Positions 25,601-35,377 of a stretch of DNA of 64,000 nucleotides are shown here, piece by piece. The stretch comes from Antedon mediterranea. Taxonomy: Eukaryota > Animalia > Echinodermata. The notes under the pieces are model-generated. The model did no database searches, was not told where the DNA came from, and saw only the letters and a program-made list of their open reading frames with translations. A program made the translations under genes and the position numbers. Where the stretch lies: positions 25,902,795 to 25,966,794 of the forward strand of contig NC_092670.1 in the NCBI RefSeq assembly GCF_964355755.1, given 5' to 3'. Numbering within the stretch: the stretch's first letter is position 1; each line of letters opens with the position of its first letter.

Positions 25601-28600
25601 CCAGCTGTTTTAGTAACCTTTAACGTAGATAAAATCTTTAAGATTTCGTCACAAGGAAAGTCAACTTGAGATAAAAAATCTTCTGAAATGTCATTAACAG
25701 TCGGTACATTCGAAAAATTTTTATCAACAAATACACTACTAAAAAACGTGTTTAGCAAATCAGCCTTATCTTTGTCATCAGGCACATATCTTCCATTGCT
25801 ATCAGTATAAGTTGGGTATACCAGACTTTATGTTGATCTGAGAACTGAGATACCTCCAAAAAGACTTTTCGTTAGATTTGATCTCATTTGCTATTTTATT
25901 TTCGAGGTCAGATTTACTACACTGAATCTTGGACAAACTTCGGCCATTTTGCTGACACACATACTTTTTGTTTTCTCTTACCCTTTACATACTGTTTCCA
26001 ACATTTATTTTTTTTGACAATCTGCTTTTCAATTTTTTTGTTCATCCAAAGGGGTTTTGTTTCGTGGTAAGTATATGCTCGAACTCGTCCCATGATTGAA
26101 TACCTGATTTATCATTGAAAACCACATCCCAATCTACCAAACCAATTATCTCATGTAACAAACCATAGTTACCATGCCTGTAACTTCAAATATTTGGTTC
26201 AATTCTGTCATCTCTTACCAGATCCAATGAAAATTGTAACATCTTTTACCCAATGGAGACTGCATAACACGATTTATAGTACTCTCTTTGTCAGTAAAAA
26301 CCAGATCTAAAACATTGGGTGTTTCGCCTTCTCTGTATCTAGTAGGTTCCGTAACGTGTTGAATTAAATATAGATCGTTGATGGTGTCAAAGGAACTTCT
26401 GCTGGAATCGCCATCTTCCCAAGACACAAAATTTAAAACCCAGTTAATACTTTTATAGTTAAAATCAGATTAAATCAGAAAAAGATGATTTATATACTTC
26501 ACGGAACAATGAGTTCAGCTTGATGTTATTATCCATACTACACGTCAGGCTATGGTAAACATGCAACCTAATAAAAGATCAGTTTTTACTTCTTTTACTA
26601 TAACCCAAACTGATTCTACAAACTTATTCTTCTTTAAAAAATTTAAGAAACTGATATTCCATTTCTGACATAAATTAAAACACCACGACCATATGTTTTT
26701 GGTCAGACAATTTTCCTCCGAAATTGCTATCTTTTTGTTTCATTTTGATGACGTCATCATGTTGACATATCTCAACAACTTTTACAGATTTTAAAATGGC
26801 CTGAAAGAGTTCATAACATGTATTTTTATATAATACTAATAATATATATATATATATATATACAGTTTTGAAAAAAAATTATTGGAAGGAAATTTTTATA
26901 TTATCTAGTGGTATCTATCTATATCTATTGTGCACCCTCATAAACATTTATTTTAAAAAGTGCCACTAGACCTTTATAAATTACATAGAAAACACATGTG
27001 TCAATTTTATGTAAAATTAGTGCATCCATTTACAAAAAAAATCATATATATACTAATATAACTTAACAAAAGAAGAGGATTTAGGCTCAATAGTCAAAGT
27101 TCATTATAAGAACAGGTGTCAATAACCAGTTATGTAAATTTTATGCAAATTAGTGCATCCATTAAACTTTTTGCCATATCTCGGTCAATACTAAAGATAA
27201 CTTAAATACATGTTGTCCCTCACTAAAAAGTGGATCTAAAAAATGAACTAAAACTACGAAATGGCGTATTCAAAGTCTTATTTTATTAATCTTCATTTTT
27301 CATTTGGGGGAATACATCTTTAGCACACTTTTTTACACATACAGTGCAAACATAGTTAGAAAACATGTTTTTTCATGTGAATTATATTTTTCCAGCCTTT
27401 CCTATTAATTTTACCAAATGTAGGACTATTTCAACTCAAATCACGTCATACGAGCATTCTGAATGAAAGTCTTTTTATTTTTAAATACAACTGGCCAATG
27501 ATGACACCACAACAATTCAACAGCTTCCATAGCGGTGTGAAGTTACAACGGTAGATGGCGCTGCGTGGTTGCTGGCGCAACCAAAAATGCGTTAAACTGT
27601 ATATGTTTATAAACACTATAGATTTGTGTTTCTATCAAATTATGTATCTCAGCTTGATTTTTTTTAACTTCAACTGAAGTTGAAGAATAAATACCGTAGA
27701 TTATTAAAAACAAATGATCTTTTGAAATTTTAGTTTGTTTTTATTGAAAATTATTAAGTTTTAAAATGACTACTTCAATAAGCCTATTCCAAACCATTGG
27801 TGAACTTGGAGTCACTCAGGCAGGTTGAATGCAATATTTGGTTGGTTTAGCAACCATGCAGCGCCACCTACCATCCACGCAGTGCCACCTACCGTTGTGA
27901 CATCAGCACCGCAGAACTCATGGCTATCACTTTAAATTCAGAGATAAAAGAAATCGAAATATGCTTATGACATCAAAATTAAAATTGGAAAAGATAATTC
28001 AGCAAGACATTATTAAAGCTTGGGAAAAATGGAATACAGATAAGTCAGATGTGCTATATAAAGTGACAAAAATCCTATATTTTATATTCGTGTGGCCATA
28101 TAATGACGCCACAACATCCGAGAGGTAAACATTTTGCATGAATTCATATCTACAATATCTACTTGCATATTACAGTTAAATTAAAAATTAGGGGTCTCCA
28201 ATGATCCTGATCAGCTGCTATAATAGACTCAAAATAGGCATGATTTTGACAATATTTTGTAACTTTTTAACTAAAATGTACCCAAATTGTCTAATACAAC
28301 ATGTATCGACGAAATGTTGACTAAGACTAAAATCTCATCAATCTTGTACCAGATTTGGAAATGTTCCAAAAATATCAATATAGAATATTTTAGAAATGAT
28401 AATGTAAATATCTTTTGTAGCACTATTAATATTCGAAAACTTGCTAGTGATGTGCTCGAATATAATTGATAGCAACCTTCAATCATAGATAAATACAAAT
28501 TTTGTTTTCTTTTAGCCTCATGGTCTTTCTGTTGTAATGACAGCACCAGCAGTGTTTGAGTATACAGCTTCAGCATGCCCAGAGAGACACATAGAAGCAG

Positions 28601-29145
28601 CTAACATCTTAGGTAAATATAAGTAGTTGACAAGAAATATTCATTAAGCCAATGATTTATGCGGTTGATCACTTTATTCAAATGCTGAATTTTGTTGATC
28701 ATTTTGTCGTTCAAATACTTAATTGAAAATGCTTGTTGTTTAAATTATTACTTTTTATTGAACTTGGATTACTAATATAAACTATGTCTATATAGGCAAG
28801 GACACTACAAATGTCAAACGTGAAGATGCGGGGCGGGCTTTGTCAGATGCTGTGCGTGAGTTTATGAATGACCTGGAAGTTGAAGATGGATTACAAGCTT
28901 TGGGGTACACCAGTGAGGATATTCCAGCTCTTGTTAAGGGTACTCTTCCTCAGGTAGTAAATTTAATAGACATAAGAATTACAGTTTGCTTCACCAGGGA
29001 GATCTCCCTGGTTTCACTTTGGATGCCAAAAATGATAATTTTCATAATTTTTTCTTCACAGCATCGTGTTACCAAATTATCTCCACGACTGCTAGCAGAA
29101 GAGCACCTTCATCAGCTATTTCATGAATCCATGAAGGTTTATTAA
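84..29145 (+). CDS. ADHFE1: Hydroxyacid-oxoacid transhydrogenase (Fe-containing ADH family), spliced gene, 5'-incomplete; 11 coding exons in window
   Basis: Exons join in frame through GT-AG introns. Motifs: [88 protein letters not shown]...ESMKVY*. These match the known ADHFE1/HOT sequence. Confidence 0.97.
401..504 (+). CDS. ADHFE1: ADHFE1 exon (ISKLPPMK...VRVEPTDI)
   Basis: ttttag acceptor, gtaatt donor. Confidence 0.93.
1156..1191 (-). ncRNA. Minimal hammerhead ribozyme motif
   Basis: Reverse complement: gca CTGATGA a gggc tagtt gctc GAAA gc tt tgc. Confidence 0.65.
1421..1458 (-). ncRNA. Minimal hammerhead ribozyme motif
   Basis: Reverse complement: gca CTGATGA a GGGC tatagtt GCCC GAAA gc tc tgc. 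Confidence 0.75.
1484..1520 (+). ncRNA. Minimal hammerhead ribozyme motif
   Basis: gca CTGATGA a gggc tagtgtt gtcc GAAA gc tc tgc. Confidence 0.72.
1683..2152 (-). mobile_element. Two tandem copies of a tRNA-containing dispersed repeat
   Basis: 1683-1945 repeats as 1948-2152; same family at 12101-12266 (+) and 34079-34342 (-). Confidence 0.85.
1792..1863 (-). tRNA. tRNA-like cloverleaf, anticodon ATC (nominal Asp), probably repeat-borne rather than a decoding tRNA
   Basis: GCCCCAG/TTGGGGC acceptor stem, TGGTCTAATGG A-box, TCTGC-ATATCAA-GCAGA anticodon arm, CCGAG-TTCGAGT-CTCGG T-arm, followed by TTTTT. Confidence 0.6.
2165..2209 (-). ncRNA. Type I hammerhead ribozyme
   Basis: Reverse complement: CTGCA CTGACGA gatct-aata-agaac GAAA CAG ta CTG TC TGCAG; stem I CTGCA/TGCAG, GUC cleavage triplet. 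Confidence 0.75.
2388..2584 (+). CDS. ADHFE1: ADHFE1 exon (FKKAISF...GGGS...KPLIA)
   Basis: tttttag acceptor, gtaagt donor; GGGS nucleotide-binding motif. Confidence 0.95.
3088..3345. repeat. Degenerate ~115-bp tandem repeat (about 2.3 copies)
   Basis: Recurring agctaagaaaatttt...tagagctg...ggtccccggaaatt...ccaggaccag. Confidence 0.6.
3470..3625 (+). mobile_element. Degraded Penelope-like GIY-YIG C-terminal fragment
   Basis: Translates as [25 protein letters not shown], a KW..I...PY....KRCNLC tail typical of some PLE endonucleases. Confidence 0.5.
3870..4205 (+). mobile_element. Gypsy-type LTR retrotransposon pol (integrase) C-terminal fragment
   Basis: [11 protein letters not shown]...RRNISHFKK...[19 protein letters not shown]; downstream polypurine tract aaaggagggaa followed by TGTAATG (LTR start ~5208). 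Confidence 0.8.
4297..4588 (-). mobile_element. 5S rRNA-derived SINE (SINE3-type): 5S head (4475-4588), ~165-bp body, terminal stem-loop, poly(A)
   Basis: Reverse complement tacggctttaccacgttgaaacaccggttctcgtcagatcaccgaagttaagcaacg...tggatgggagacc...gggtgctgta is 5S-like; it runs into a unique body and A13. Confidence 0.85.
4790..5270 (+). repeat. ~197-bp direct duplication (4790-4986 / 5074-5270) separated by ~85-bp templated filler
   Basis: Near-identical blocks; the filler matches 5739-5823. Confidence 0.85.
5820..5897 (+). CDS. ADHFE1: ADHFE1 exon ([18 protein letters not shown]...)
   Basis: ttgtag acceptor, gtatgc donor; Fe-ADH PTTxGTGSE motif. Confidence 0.95.
5988..6098 (+). mobile_element. 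Internally deleted copy of the hammerhead-bearing repeat
   Basis: tcacttgcaCTGATGAaGGGCtagtgttGCCCGAAAgctct followed by sequence matching 1582-1652. Confidence 0.8.
6427..9201 (-). mobile_element. 5'-truncated Penelope-like retroelement (RT thumb plus GIY-YIG), split by a solo LTR
   Basis: MGSPVSP...IPFLD...[12 protein letters not shown] (8606-9196) joins GIPYIHG...[17 protein letters not shown] (6522-7135); 14-bp TSD ataatatacagata at 6413-6426 and 9202-9215. Confidence 0.92.
7136..8617 (-). mobile_element. Long solo LTR-like insertion
   Basis: TGTCAC...GTGACA termini, 5-bp TSD ACCTA (7131-7135, 8618-8622); TATA-like and AATAAA motifs on the - strand; internal ~105-bp tandem duplication. 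Confidence 0.8.
9845..10200 (+). mobile_element. LINE reverse transcriptase fragment (CR1/L2 group)
   Basis: [19 protein letters not shown]...KYMDD. Confidence 0.8.
10240..10680 (-). mobile_element. Gypsy RT/RNase H fragment
   Basis: FLGMV..., [22 protein letters not shown], frameshifted. Confidence 0.75.
10697..11338. mobile_element. Non-autonomous TIR element with CCC termini (CACTA/EnSpm-like)
   Basis: CCCATAACAAAAA...TTTTTTGCTATGGG, 2-bp AT flanks, tagtaga/tctacta subterminal motifs. Confidence 0.6.
11934..12039 (+). CDS. ADHFE1: ADHFE1 exon ([16 protein letters not shown]...SGFDVL)
   Basis: ctccaag acceptor, gtaagt donor. Confidence 0.93.
12101..12266 (+). mobile_element. Degenerate copy of the tRNA(ATC)-bearing repeat
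   Basis: gggactagtg...gccccagtggtctac...tatcaagcaga...gggcgactttttctcattctcacag. Confidence 0.8.
12850..15110 (+). mobile_element. Degraded LINE (endonuclease plus RT), interrupted by a MITE
   Basis: [44 protein letters not shown]; many stops. Confidence 0.8.
14408..14991. mobile_element. Tc2/pogo-type MITE
   Basis: TA|CCGTATATTTCGGTG...CACCGAAATATACGG|TA; homologous to both ends of 3756-5737. Confidence 0.85.
16299..16451 (+). CDS. ADHFE1: ADHFE1 exon (HALESYT...YQGSNPISD...YFR)
   Basis: atatag acceptor, gtacag donor. Confidence 0.94.
17613..17690 (+). pseudogene. Degenerate tRNA-like sequence (Pro-like D-arm), probably a SINE head
   Basis: ggctctgtggtctagcggtatgatactcgcc...gaggtcgcagtttcaaatccggccagagac ttttt. 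Confidence 0.5.
17872..17970 (+). CDS. ADHFE1: ADHFE1 exon ([12 protein letters not shown]...GNAGVHL)
   Basis: tttttag acceptor, gtatat donor. Confidence 0.94.
18838..20046 (+). mobile_element. 5'-truncated Penelope-like element with inverted pseudo-LTR
   Basis: ORF 19048-20079 with [33 protein letters not shown]; 18874-18927 is the inverse of 19995-20048; 13-bp direct repeat ctttattactgca at 18825-18837 and 20047-20059. Confidence 0.92.
20600..22450 (-). mobile_element. Degraded large DNA-transposon transposase relics (Academ-like, tentative)
   Basis: [31 protein letters not shown]...KH...SKQL...GH and HHACYTK-like segments. Confidence 0.4.
21303..21777. mobile_element. Solo LTR (Gypsy-type)
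   Basis: TGTTAC...GTAACA termini with 4-bp TSD GTAT (21299-21302, 21778-21781). Confidence 0.75.
23468..23546 (+). CDS. ADHFE1: ADHFE1 exon ([12 protein letters not shown]...DHAIV)
   Basis: ttacag acceptor, gtaagt donor. Confidence 0.93.
24540..26690 (-). mobile_element. Degraded CR1-type LINE
   Basis: QHVTEPTR...[31 protein letters not shown]...MFADDTK, WQLPFN. Confidence 0.9.
27532..27913. mobile_element. MITE-like element with ~40-bp inverted arms
   Basis: gcggtgtgaagttacaacggtagatggcgctgcgtgg versus ccacgcagtgccacctaccgttgtgacatcagcaccgc. Confidence 0.45.
28516..28612 (+). CDS. ADHFE1: ADHFE1 exon ([14 protein letters not shown]...NIL)
   Basis: cttttag acceptor, gtaaat donor. Confidence 0.94.
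28796..28953 (+). CDS. ADHFE1: ADHFE1 exon (GKDTTNVK...KGTLPQ)
   Basis: tatag acceptor, gtagta donor. Confidence 0.93.
29062..29145 (+). CDS. ADHFE1: ADHFE1 last coding exon (HRVTKLSPR...ESMKVY*)
   Basis: ttcacag acceptor, TAA stop; matches the known C-terminus (ERVTKLAP...SMKLY). Confidence 0.94.
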   Translation, partial: HRVTKLSPRLLAEEHLHQLFHESMKVY

Positions 29146-29410
29146 TCGAGGAGCAGGCAAAGTGAAATGTGATGTTAGGTTTAGTTATTCATTTCACTTG
29201 ACATTTTTGGCAACGTAAATTAAACAACTTTACCGGTAATCATAGTTCACCGTTTAATTTTGGTGCCAAATCATACTATATCATGAGATATGTCTATAAG
29301 GACACTACAAATGTATTGACAAATAGACCTGATCCTACAATTTGTAATTTAACAACATTGATCTACAAGTCTTGAATCATGTGGGGTTATTAAATCTTTT
29401 TTTTCATTTA

Positions 29411-29621
29411 CCGTATTTATTTAAATAAACTCCCCGCTTTGAACATTATTATACAAAATGTTGTATTACAACACATTTCTATTTTTAGTAGGATTCGTTG
29501 ATTGAAATAATCTACAATTTACCACTTCCCGATATTTCATATAAGGGGTATTTATTTGATTATAGATGTTACCATATTACACCTAAACAAATAAACGGGG
29601 AATTTATTCGAATAAATACGG
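29411..29621. mobile_element. Short Tc2/pogo-type MITE just downstream of the ADHFE1 stop
   Basis: TA|CCGTATTTATTTAAATAAACTCCCCG...CGGGGAATTTATTCGAATAAATACGG|TA. Confidence 0.75.
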
Positions 29622-30989
29622 TAGTTACAATGTTACAATTTGACAACACATATAGAATTTGTGAATTATGTTTCTAATGGGACCAAAGCTATTTTTTAGT
29701 GATAAGCGATCGCGTGAAACAAGCTTTTATATGTATATTATTAATATACAATAAATTAAAACTAATATCAATTTATTTATTTTTTTACATACAGTAATGC
29801 AATTAATTTAATATCACTTAAATTCGTTTTTTTTTTACATGTATTTTGAAAGATTTATGTATGTTTTTCTATGTTTATTAAAAAGCCTATTTTTGTTTAC
29901 ATTAAATTACAACAATCTTCATCAATCACATGGTTAAGAAATTCTTGAATTTTCTACCTTTTGCTGATATAATTTTGTGATTCAATCCCTTCATCAGATG
30001 GCTTTTAAGAACTCTCTAAGTTGGTTTCCTGTGATTTTAACCATGTTTTATAATTTAAAAATGTTGCTTCATTAACTATGTTGAATTTGTCTTTCCTATT
30101 GTGTGTCACTATTAAACTTTATATTAACCACATATTCATTTACTTGTTCAATTTTTTTCTGATATCCTTTTACACATTTAAAAAGTAGAAACATAACGGT
30201 GATTCAATAATATAACTTATTGTTTGATATTAAAATACCGTGTAAAAGTTTATAGTTAAATATTTCAGTTTGATCTCATCAATTTCACTAATTTTATTTT
30301 TCAAACATTTTTCCAATAAATGTGGTAATTGTTTAGCATATTTTGCCAGTACAGTACAGTATTGCTTCAAAATAATGTTTTGATAAATTAATTTGTTATT
30401 TACTAAAGAAAAATTGTGCCTATAGTTTGATTAATTCCTGTACAAGAATTTGTAGCCACTTTTTTAGAATTGTATTTTTAACAGCCATCATAGTTCACCA
30501 TTTCTAAGAATATCTTTAATCTTTACCAAGCCAAATTAAAGTTTTCAACCCTCCAAAATCTAGTAGATTAAACCTTTGGCTAATTAGTAAAACAATGGTA
30601 AACGTCTTTAACAATATTAAAACAGATATTATACCCTCTTTATATTCAAACAGAAAAGCAAAAGATAACAACGCCAATTAAAGTGATTATAAAGATAAAG
30701 ATTAAATAAAACAGTTGTTTAAAAACGGACTAGATACTGTACTTCAACAGTAGCATTTGATTTTATAGTAGGGGTTCTTAGCACGAAAAAAACAGTTCGA
30801 TAGTTCACTACCAAATATGGTAGGCATGTCCTAAATGATTGAATTAACATGAAATAAAAATAAGGGGCGGACCCCAACCAAATGTTATTATAAGGGGTGG
30901 GGGCCACCTATTTAAAAATGATCGCCATATTTTAGAGATATATCTTAGTGAACATGGCAAGTGCTTTTTTTCCATATAATTTGGTTGTC

Positions 30990-31135
30990 CAGGGGGTAGT
31001 TGACCTAGGGGTAGGGGTAGTTTTCTAGATGGTAGTTGACCTAGTGGGTAGTTTTCCTAGTAGGTCTAGGGGTTAGCTGTCCCAGGGGTTAGTTTTCCTA
31101 GTGGGTAGTTTTCCTAGAGGGTAGTTGTCCGGGTA
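30990..31135. repeat. G-rich ~17-bp degenerate tandem repeat (ggggtagttkwcctag)
   Basis: About 8 imperfect units. Confidence 0.7.
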
Positions 31136-31580
31136 ATATACAGTAGTATTATCCTACTGCATTAGAAAGAACAAGCACGAATGTGCGATACTTGGGGTAC
31201 AGAAAAAGAAGCTGTAATGACGTCATAAGACCGGATGTAACGTCGCATACACATCAATAACCTCGCTACCAAATACGGCTATACGGTACCATCTTTGAGA
31301 CGTAAAATAGCTGCATCTGGTTTGAAATTTTAAAATCCGTCTCTATAGCTTTGAGGACATGTCCCTGTTGTATATTCATGCCAAATCCCAGCTCAATACT
31401 ACAACGAATGGGAGGAGTAGTACTTTATAAATCGCACTTTTTACTCAATAGTGTCCGATGGAAGAAGAAGAGGAAAAGGTGAGAGAGTCCTAGACTCGGG
31501 TACCCTGAGTAATAAAACGAGATATACTCTATATCATATTACGTATACAGTATATTTTACCATAAAGTTTAAGAAAAATA

Positions 31581-31651
31581 GGTTTCGCCAGGGCTATACC
31601 AGGAACCTTCTGCGTGTTAAACAGGCTTGATAACCACCACACTACGAAACC
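31581..31651 (-). pseudogene. tRNA-Val(AAC) pseudogene
   Basis: Reverse complement ggtttcgtagtgtggtggttatcaagcctgttt AAC acgcagaaggt...gcgaaacc; T-arm degenerate. Confidence 0.65.
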
Positions 31652-31862
31652 TCTTACACCAAAAATGTGGGTTACACAAAGTTTTTTAATCCATTTAAAT
31701 TACAAATAAATATGGTAATAAGCACAAAGCAAAATAAACATGTGTAAAAGTTATATTTACCGATTACACAAAATAAGTATGTAAAAAAATAATAAAAATA
31801 AGATATACTGTGTATATCATATTGCGTATACAGTACTTTTCACCATAAAGTTTTAAAAAAAA

Positions 31863-31934
31863 GGTTTCACCCGGGCTCGAACCGGGTACCTTCTGCGTGT
31901 AAAGAAAACGTGATAACCACTACGCCAAGATTCC
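31863..31934 (-). pseudogene. tRNA-Val(TAC)-like pseudogene
   Basis: Reverse complement ...gcgtagtggttatcacgttttctt TAC acgcagaaggtacccggttcgagcccgggtgaaacc; acceptor and anticodon stems mismatched. Confidence 0.65.
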
Positions 31935-34078
31935 GCATATAACTACATGACGCTGTGGTGTGTGTCACACATTGTGGCTTCTTAATTAAACAAACAAAAA
32001 AGCACGAATGTGCGATACTCGGGGTACAGCAAATGAAGCTGTAAGACGGGATGTGACGTCACATACACATCAATAACCTACCAAATACGGCTATATGGTA
32101 CCATCTTCGAGACGTCATTATGGCTGCATCCGGTTTGAAAATAAAAAATCCGGCTCTATAGCTTTGAGGACATGTGCCTGTAGTATATTCATGCCAAATC
32201 CCAGCTCAATACAGTACTACAACAAATAAGGGAGGAGTAGTACTTTAAAAATCGCACTTTTTACTCAATAGTGTCGAGATGGAGGAAGAAGAGGAGGAGG
32301 AGGAGAAAATGAGTAAGTCCTAGACTCGGGTACCCCGAGTAAAAATCATTCATACTAGTAAACTCTTCTTTTATTTAAACAGAATGTCACATTAGAAACT
32401 ACTGCACACTGTGTACTCACTGTGTACTCGCTGTGTACCTATTATGTGCAGCTAAGTCAGTCCTGATTGACCCATACTGTACACTAAACTCATAAATCTT
32501 ATTTTAAATCCATTACAAATGTAATAGACAACCTAAACTATCATCTAAATGAAAATCTGAAATTTATTATCAATTAAAAAAATAACATCCTACTGTTTTT
32601 TTACTGTAATACTTAACAGTATAATCCGATGGTAGACACCTTCAGTTGCAAATGTTACCAATTTTTTTTTGGAACTCTTTTATTTTAGCACCATAGTATA
32701 TTTATATAACAGCCTATGGCATCAAATCGTATTATTATGCTTTATGAGGAATGAGATATTGTTCGCCGTAAGGCCTATTTGTATTAGTGTTACACTATCA
32801 AACTTTATGTGACAAAAAATATCACTACCACATTTAGGCACATGACACTTTTTTTTCAAACTAGTTTTAGCTTATAGACTTCGAAACACATTCACAATTA
32901 CTAGTTCGCCAATGGGTAGCAATTTTTTAATAATAAAACATTAAAACTGTTCATGTTACATGCATAAAAACACTATTAATATGCACATGGCAACAATTTA
33001 TTAAACAGTATGTTTATACATACACGTAACTTAAGTATGTCCTAACATATTAGTCAAATAGTCTTTCTTACATATTGCTGATTAGATAGACAAATGTGAA
33101 ATCTATTCACGATTGATTTGCATATAATTATAATAACAATGACAATAACAATAATAACTGGCTCAGATATTGTGCCTGTTCACAGTATACAAATTATATA
33201 AGTACATTACATCTTTTCATAAAGTAATTTTTTTTTTAATACACAATATGCTGGATAAAACTAAAATAATACTCAAAACAAATTGATAGAACCATGGGTA
33301 AAATAATTATGAATTTTTCAACAAAACCAAAGTTATTCTATTTTTTATATTGTTTGTAATTATTATTTTACAACACAGGTGAGGGTGAATAGAGACAAAA
33401 CTTTGATCCTCCTACTGTAAGCATGTCAGCAGCCTCTATAAAGAAAGTATTATAATATGTTAATTGCACACAATTTCATAAAAACTGGAAGTCCTACTTC
33501 TTCGGTCATACAGTAGTGTAATACATTGTCAATGTCAATTAAAAATGATTCATTATGAAAGCTATAGTTCATTACAATTACTCAATATTATATAAATGTT
33601 TTTTTATAAGTGCGATGGAACACATAATTTCTAGAGCATTTCCTCTTTCACCGAATCGCACAAAATAACACCTGCTAAATTGAGATGCTAGGCCAAGGCC
33701 TATCAATTCGGAAAAAATGTAGCGCTTAAGTTTTGGATGCAGAGTAGAACACACTATATGTAAATCTTGATCGTCATCAGCCAGCCTTCTGTTGTTCATT
33801 GTAACAACAATGGATGTGCATAACGAAATTGCACTCGCATATAACAATATTGCACTCTTCATTGAAATAGTTGATTGAATATCATGTCACCCACAATCCT
33901 CCAATCAAATGACAATAATGTACACAGGTGTGTTATAAATTGTTAAAATCAAATAAACATTTATAATTTTGTTCAATATATACGGAATTCAGCTTATATA
34001 TACACACACACATTCATATTTTTATATGTAATGATATTCTTAAAATTTTAATCTAGATTACAAATAATAATAATTTAA

Positions 34079-34342
34079 CCACCACAGACACAGCACAATT
34101 ATTCTAAACTGCCCGGTGATATACTAACAATTTATTAATCAATTTGAAACGATAAGATGAGAAAAACTGTGACTGACAATAAAAATAAGTCGCCCAATTA
34201 AGATTTAAACCCGGAACCTTCTGCTTGATATGCAGATGTCCTAACCATTAGACCACTGGGGCTTTCATGGTATTGTTCAAACCCGATTGGATAGCAACTC
34301 TTTAACACTCTTGGCGTGGCACGGCGGAACAGCACTAGTCCC
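34079..34342 (-). mobile_element. Copy of the tRNA(ATC)-bearing repeat with apparent 14-bp TSD
   Basis: Homologous to 1700-1943; taataataatttaa at 34065-34078 and 34343-34356. Confidence 0.8.
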
Positions 34343-35167
34343 TAATAATAATTTAATAAATAATGTGTTACATGCAATGCTCATTTTAATTTATTTTTTC
34401 ATTTGTTTGTCCATCTTCAAGAAAATAGACATTTGAATACAATGTTTTCTTATTTGAAATCACTACTATTACAATACACTATACATGTTCATTTCAGAAA
34501 ATACTAAATTTTTACAAATAATGTTTGTTTAATTCATAATGGAAATTTTTTTTTAAATCCACTGTCAACAAATTTTTTTATTAGCATGCATTCACAACCT
34601 ATGAGATGTTAAAAGTGCACCAGTTTTATTTTCAAAAACATTAAAGCCTTGGCATATTTACATAATAGTAGCCAGTAAGTTATTTTAGAGCTCAACATTG
34701 CATTTTAATATAAAGTTTATATATTGTTGTATGTAGTGAGGTTGTTCTTCAATAATGTATATACTTAAACATAATTAATATGGTTGGTAATTTCTACAAA
34801 TCCTGCTAGTTATATTTTCAGGAAGTGCACAAAATAATTTATTATACTGTAGTTAAGCATATAAATAAACATTCAGATAAATAATGATATAAAAAAAAAA
34901 AGATATGACAAAATGAAAAGGATTGACAATTTTCAAATCATTAAGGAGAAATTCCAGCATGTCAGCTATGATTTGATAGCTGTCAGGTATGTAACATTGT
35001 ATGTTATACTGTCATTCCTACTAAAACAATTTATGCATACATGTTTTAAAAGTACAACAGTGTCATGTCAAATCAAAAGTATCATTTTGGTCATACCAAA
35101 CAACCATCTCCATTCAACAAATCATTGAAATTATCAATCATATTTCAAAATGCTGCATACTAGATAA

Positions 35168-35377
35168 TCAGAAAGTTTTAAAACTTGACAAAGAGGTTAC
35201 TGATCCATCAAGAGATGTAGTTGTGGACCTAGGTGGGATGTCGGCAAGAGATGCATGATTGAAAAGTTTATACCATCCTATTACTTTGTTTAAAAGAGAC
35301 ATGTTGTCAAGAAGAATTTCAGCAAGACCTAGGAAATCTTTTTTGTCAATTCTTGCATAGTCACCCCAAACAGTGAT
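35168..35377 (-). CDS. RIMS2: RIM last coding exon (ITVWGDY...GWYKLF...KTF*)
   Basis: tttttctag acceptor, TGA at 35168-35170. Confidence 0.93.
   Translation of the reverse strand: MTVWGDYARIDKKDFLGLAEILLDNMSLLNKVIGWYKLFNHASLADIPPRSTTTSLDGSVTSLSSFKTF

Larger units (their letters stand above)
31170..32345. mobile_element. Two tandem Helentron-associated (HINE/DINE-like) elements flanking tRNA-Val-like copies
   Basis: 31170-31513 repeats as 32000-32345; subterminal actcggggtac and terminal palindrome actcgggtaccccgagt. Confidence 0.6.

Noticed and set aside
84-29145. Bacterial or horizontally acquired Fe-ADH gene
   Set aside because: Ten canonical spliceosomal introns and close match to animal ADHFE1
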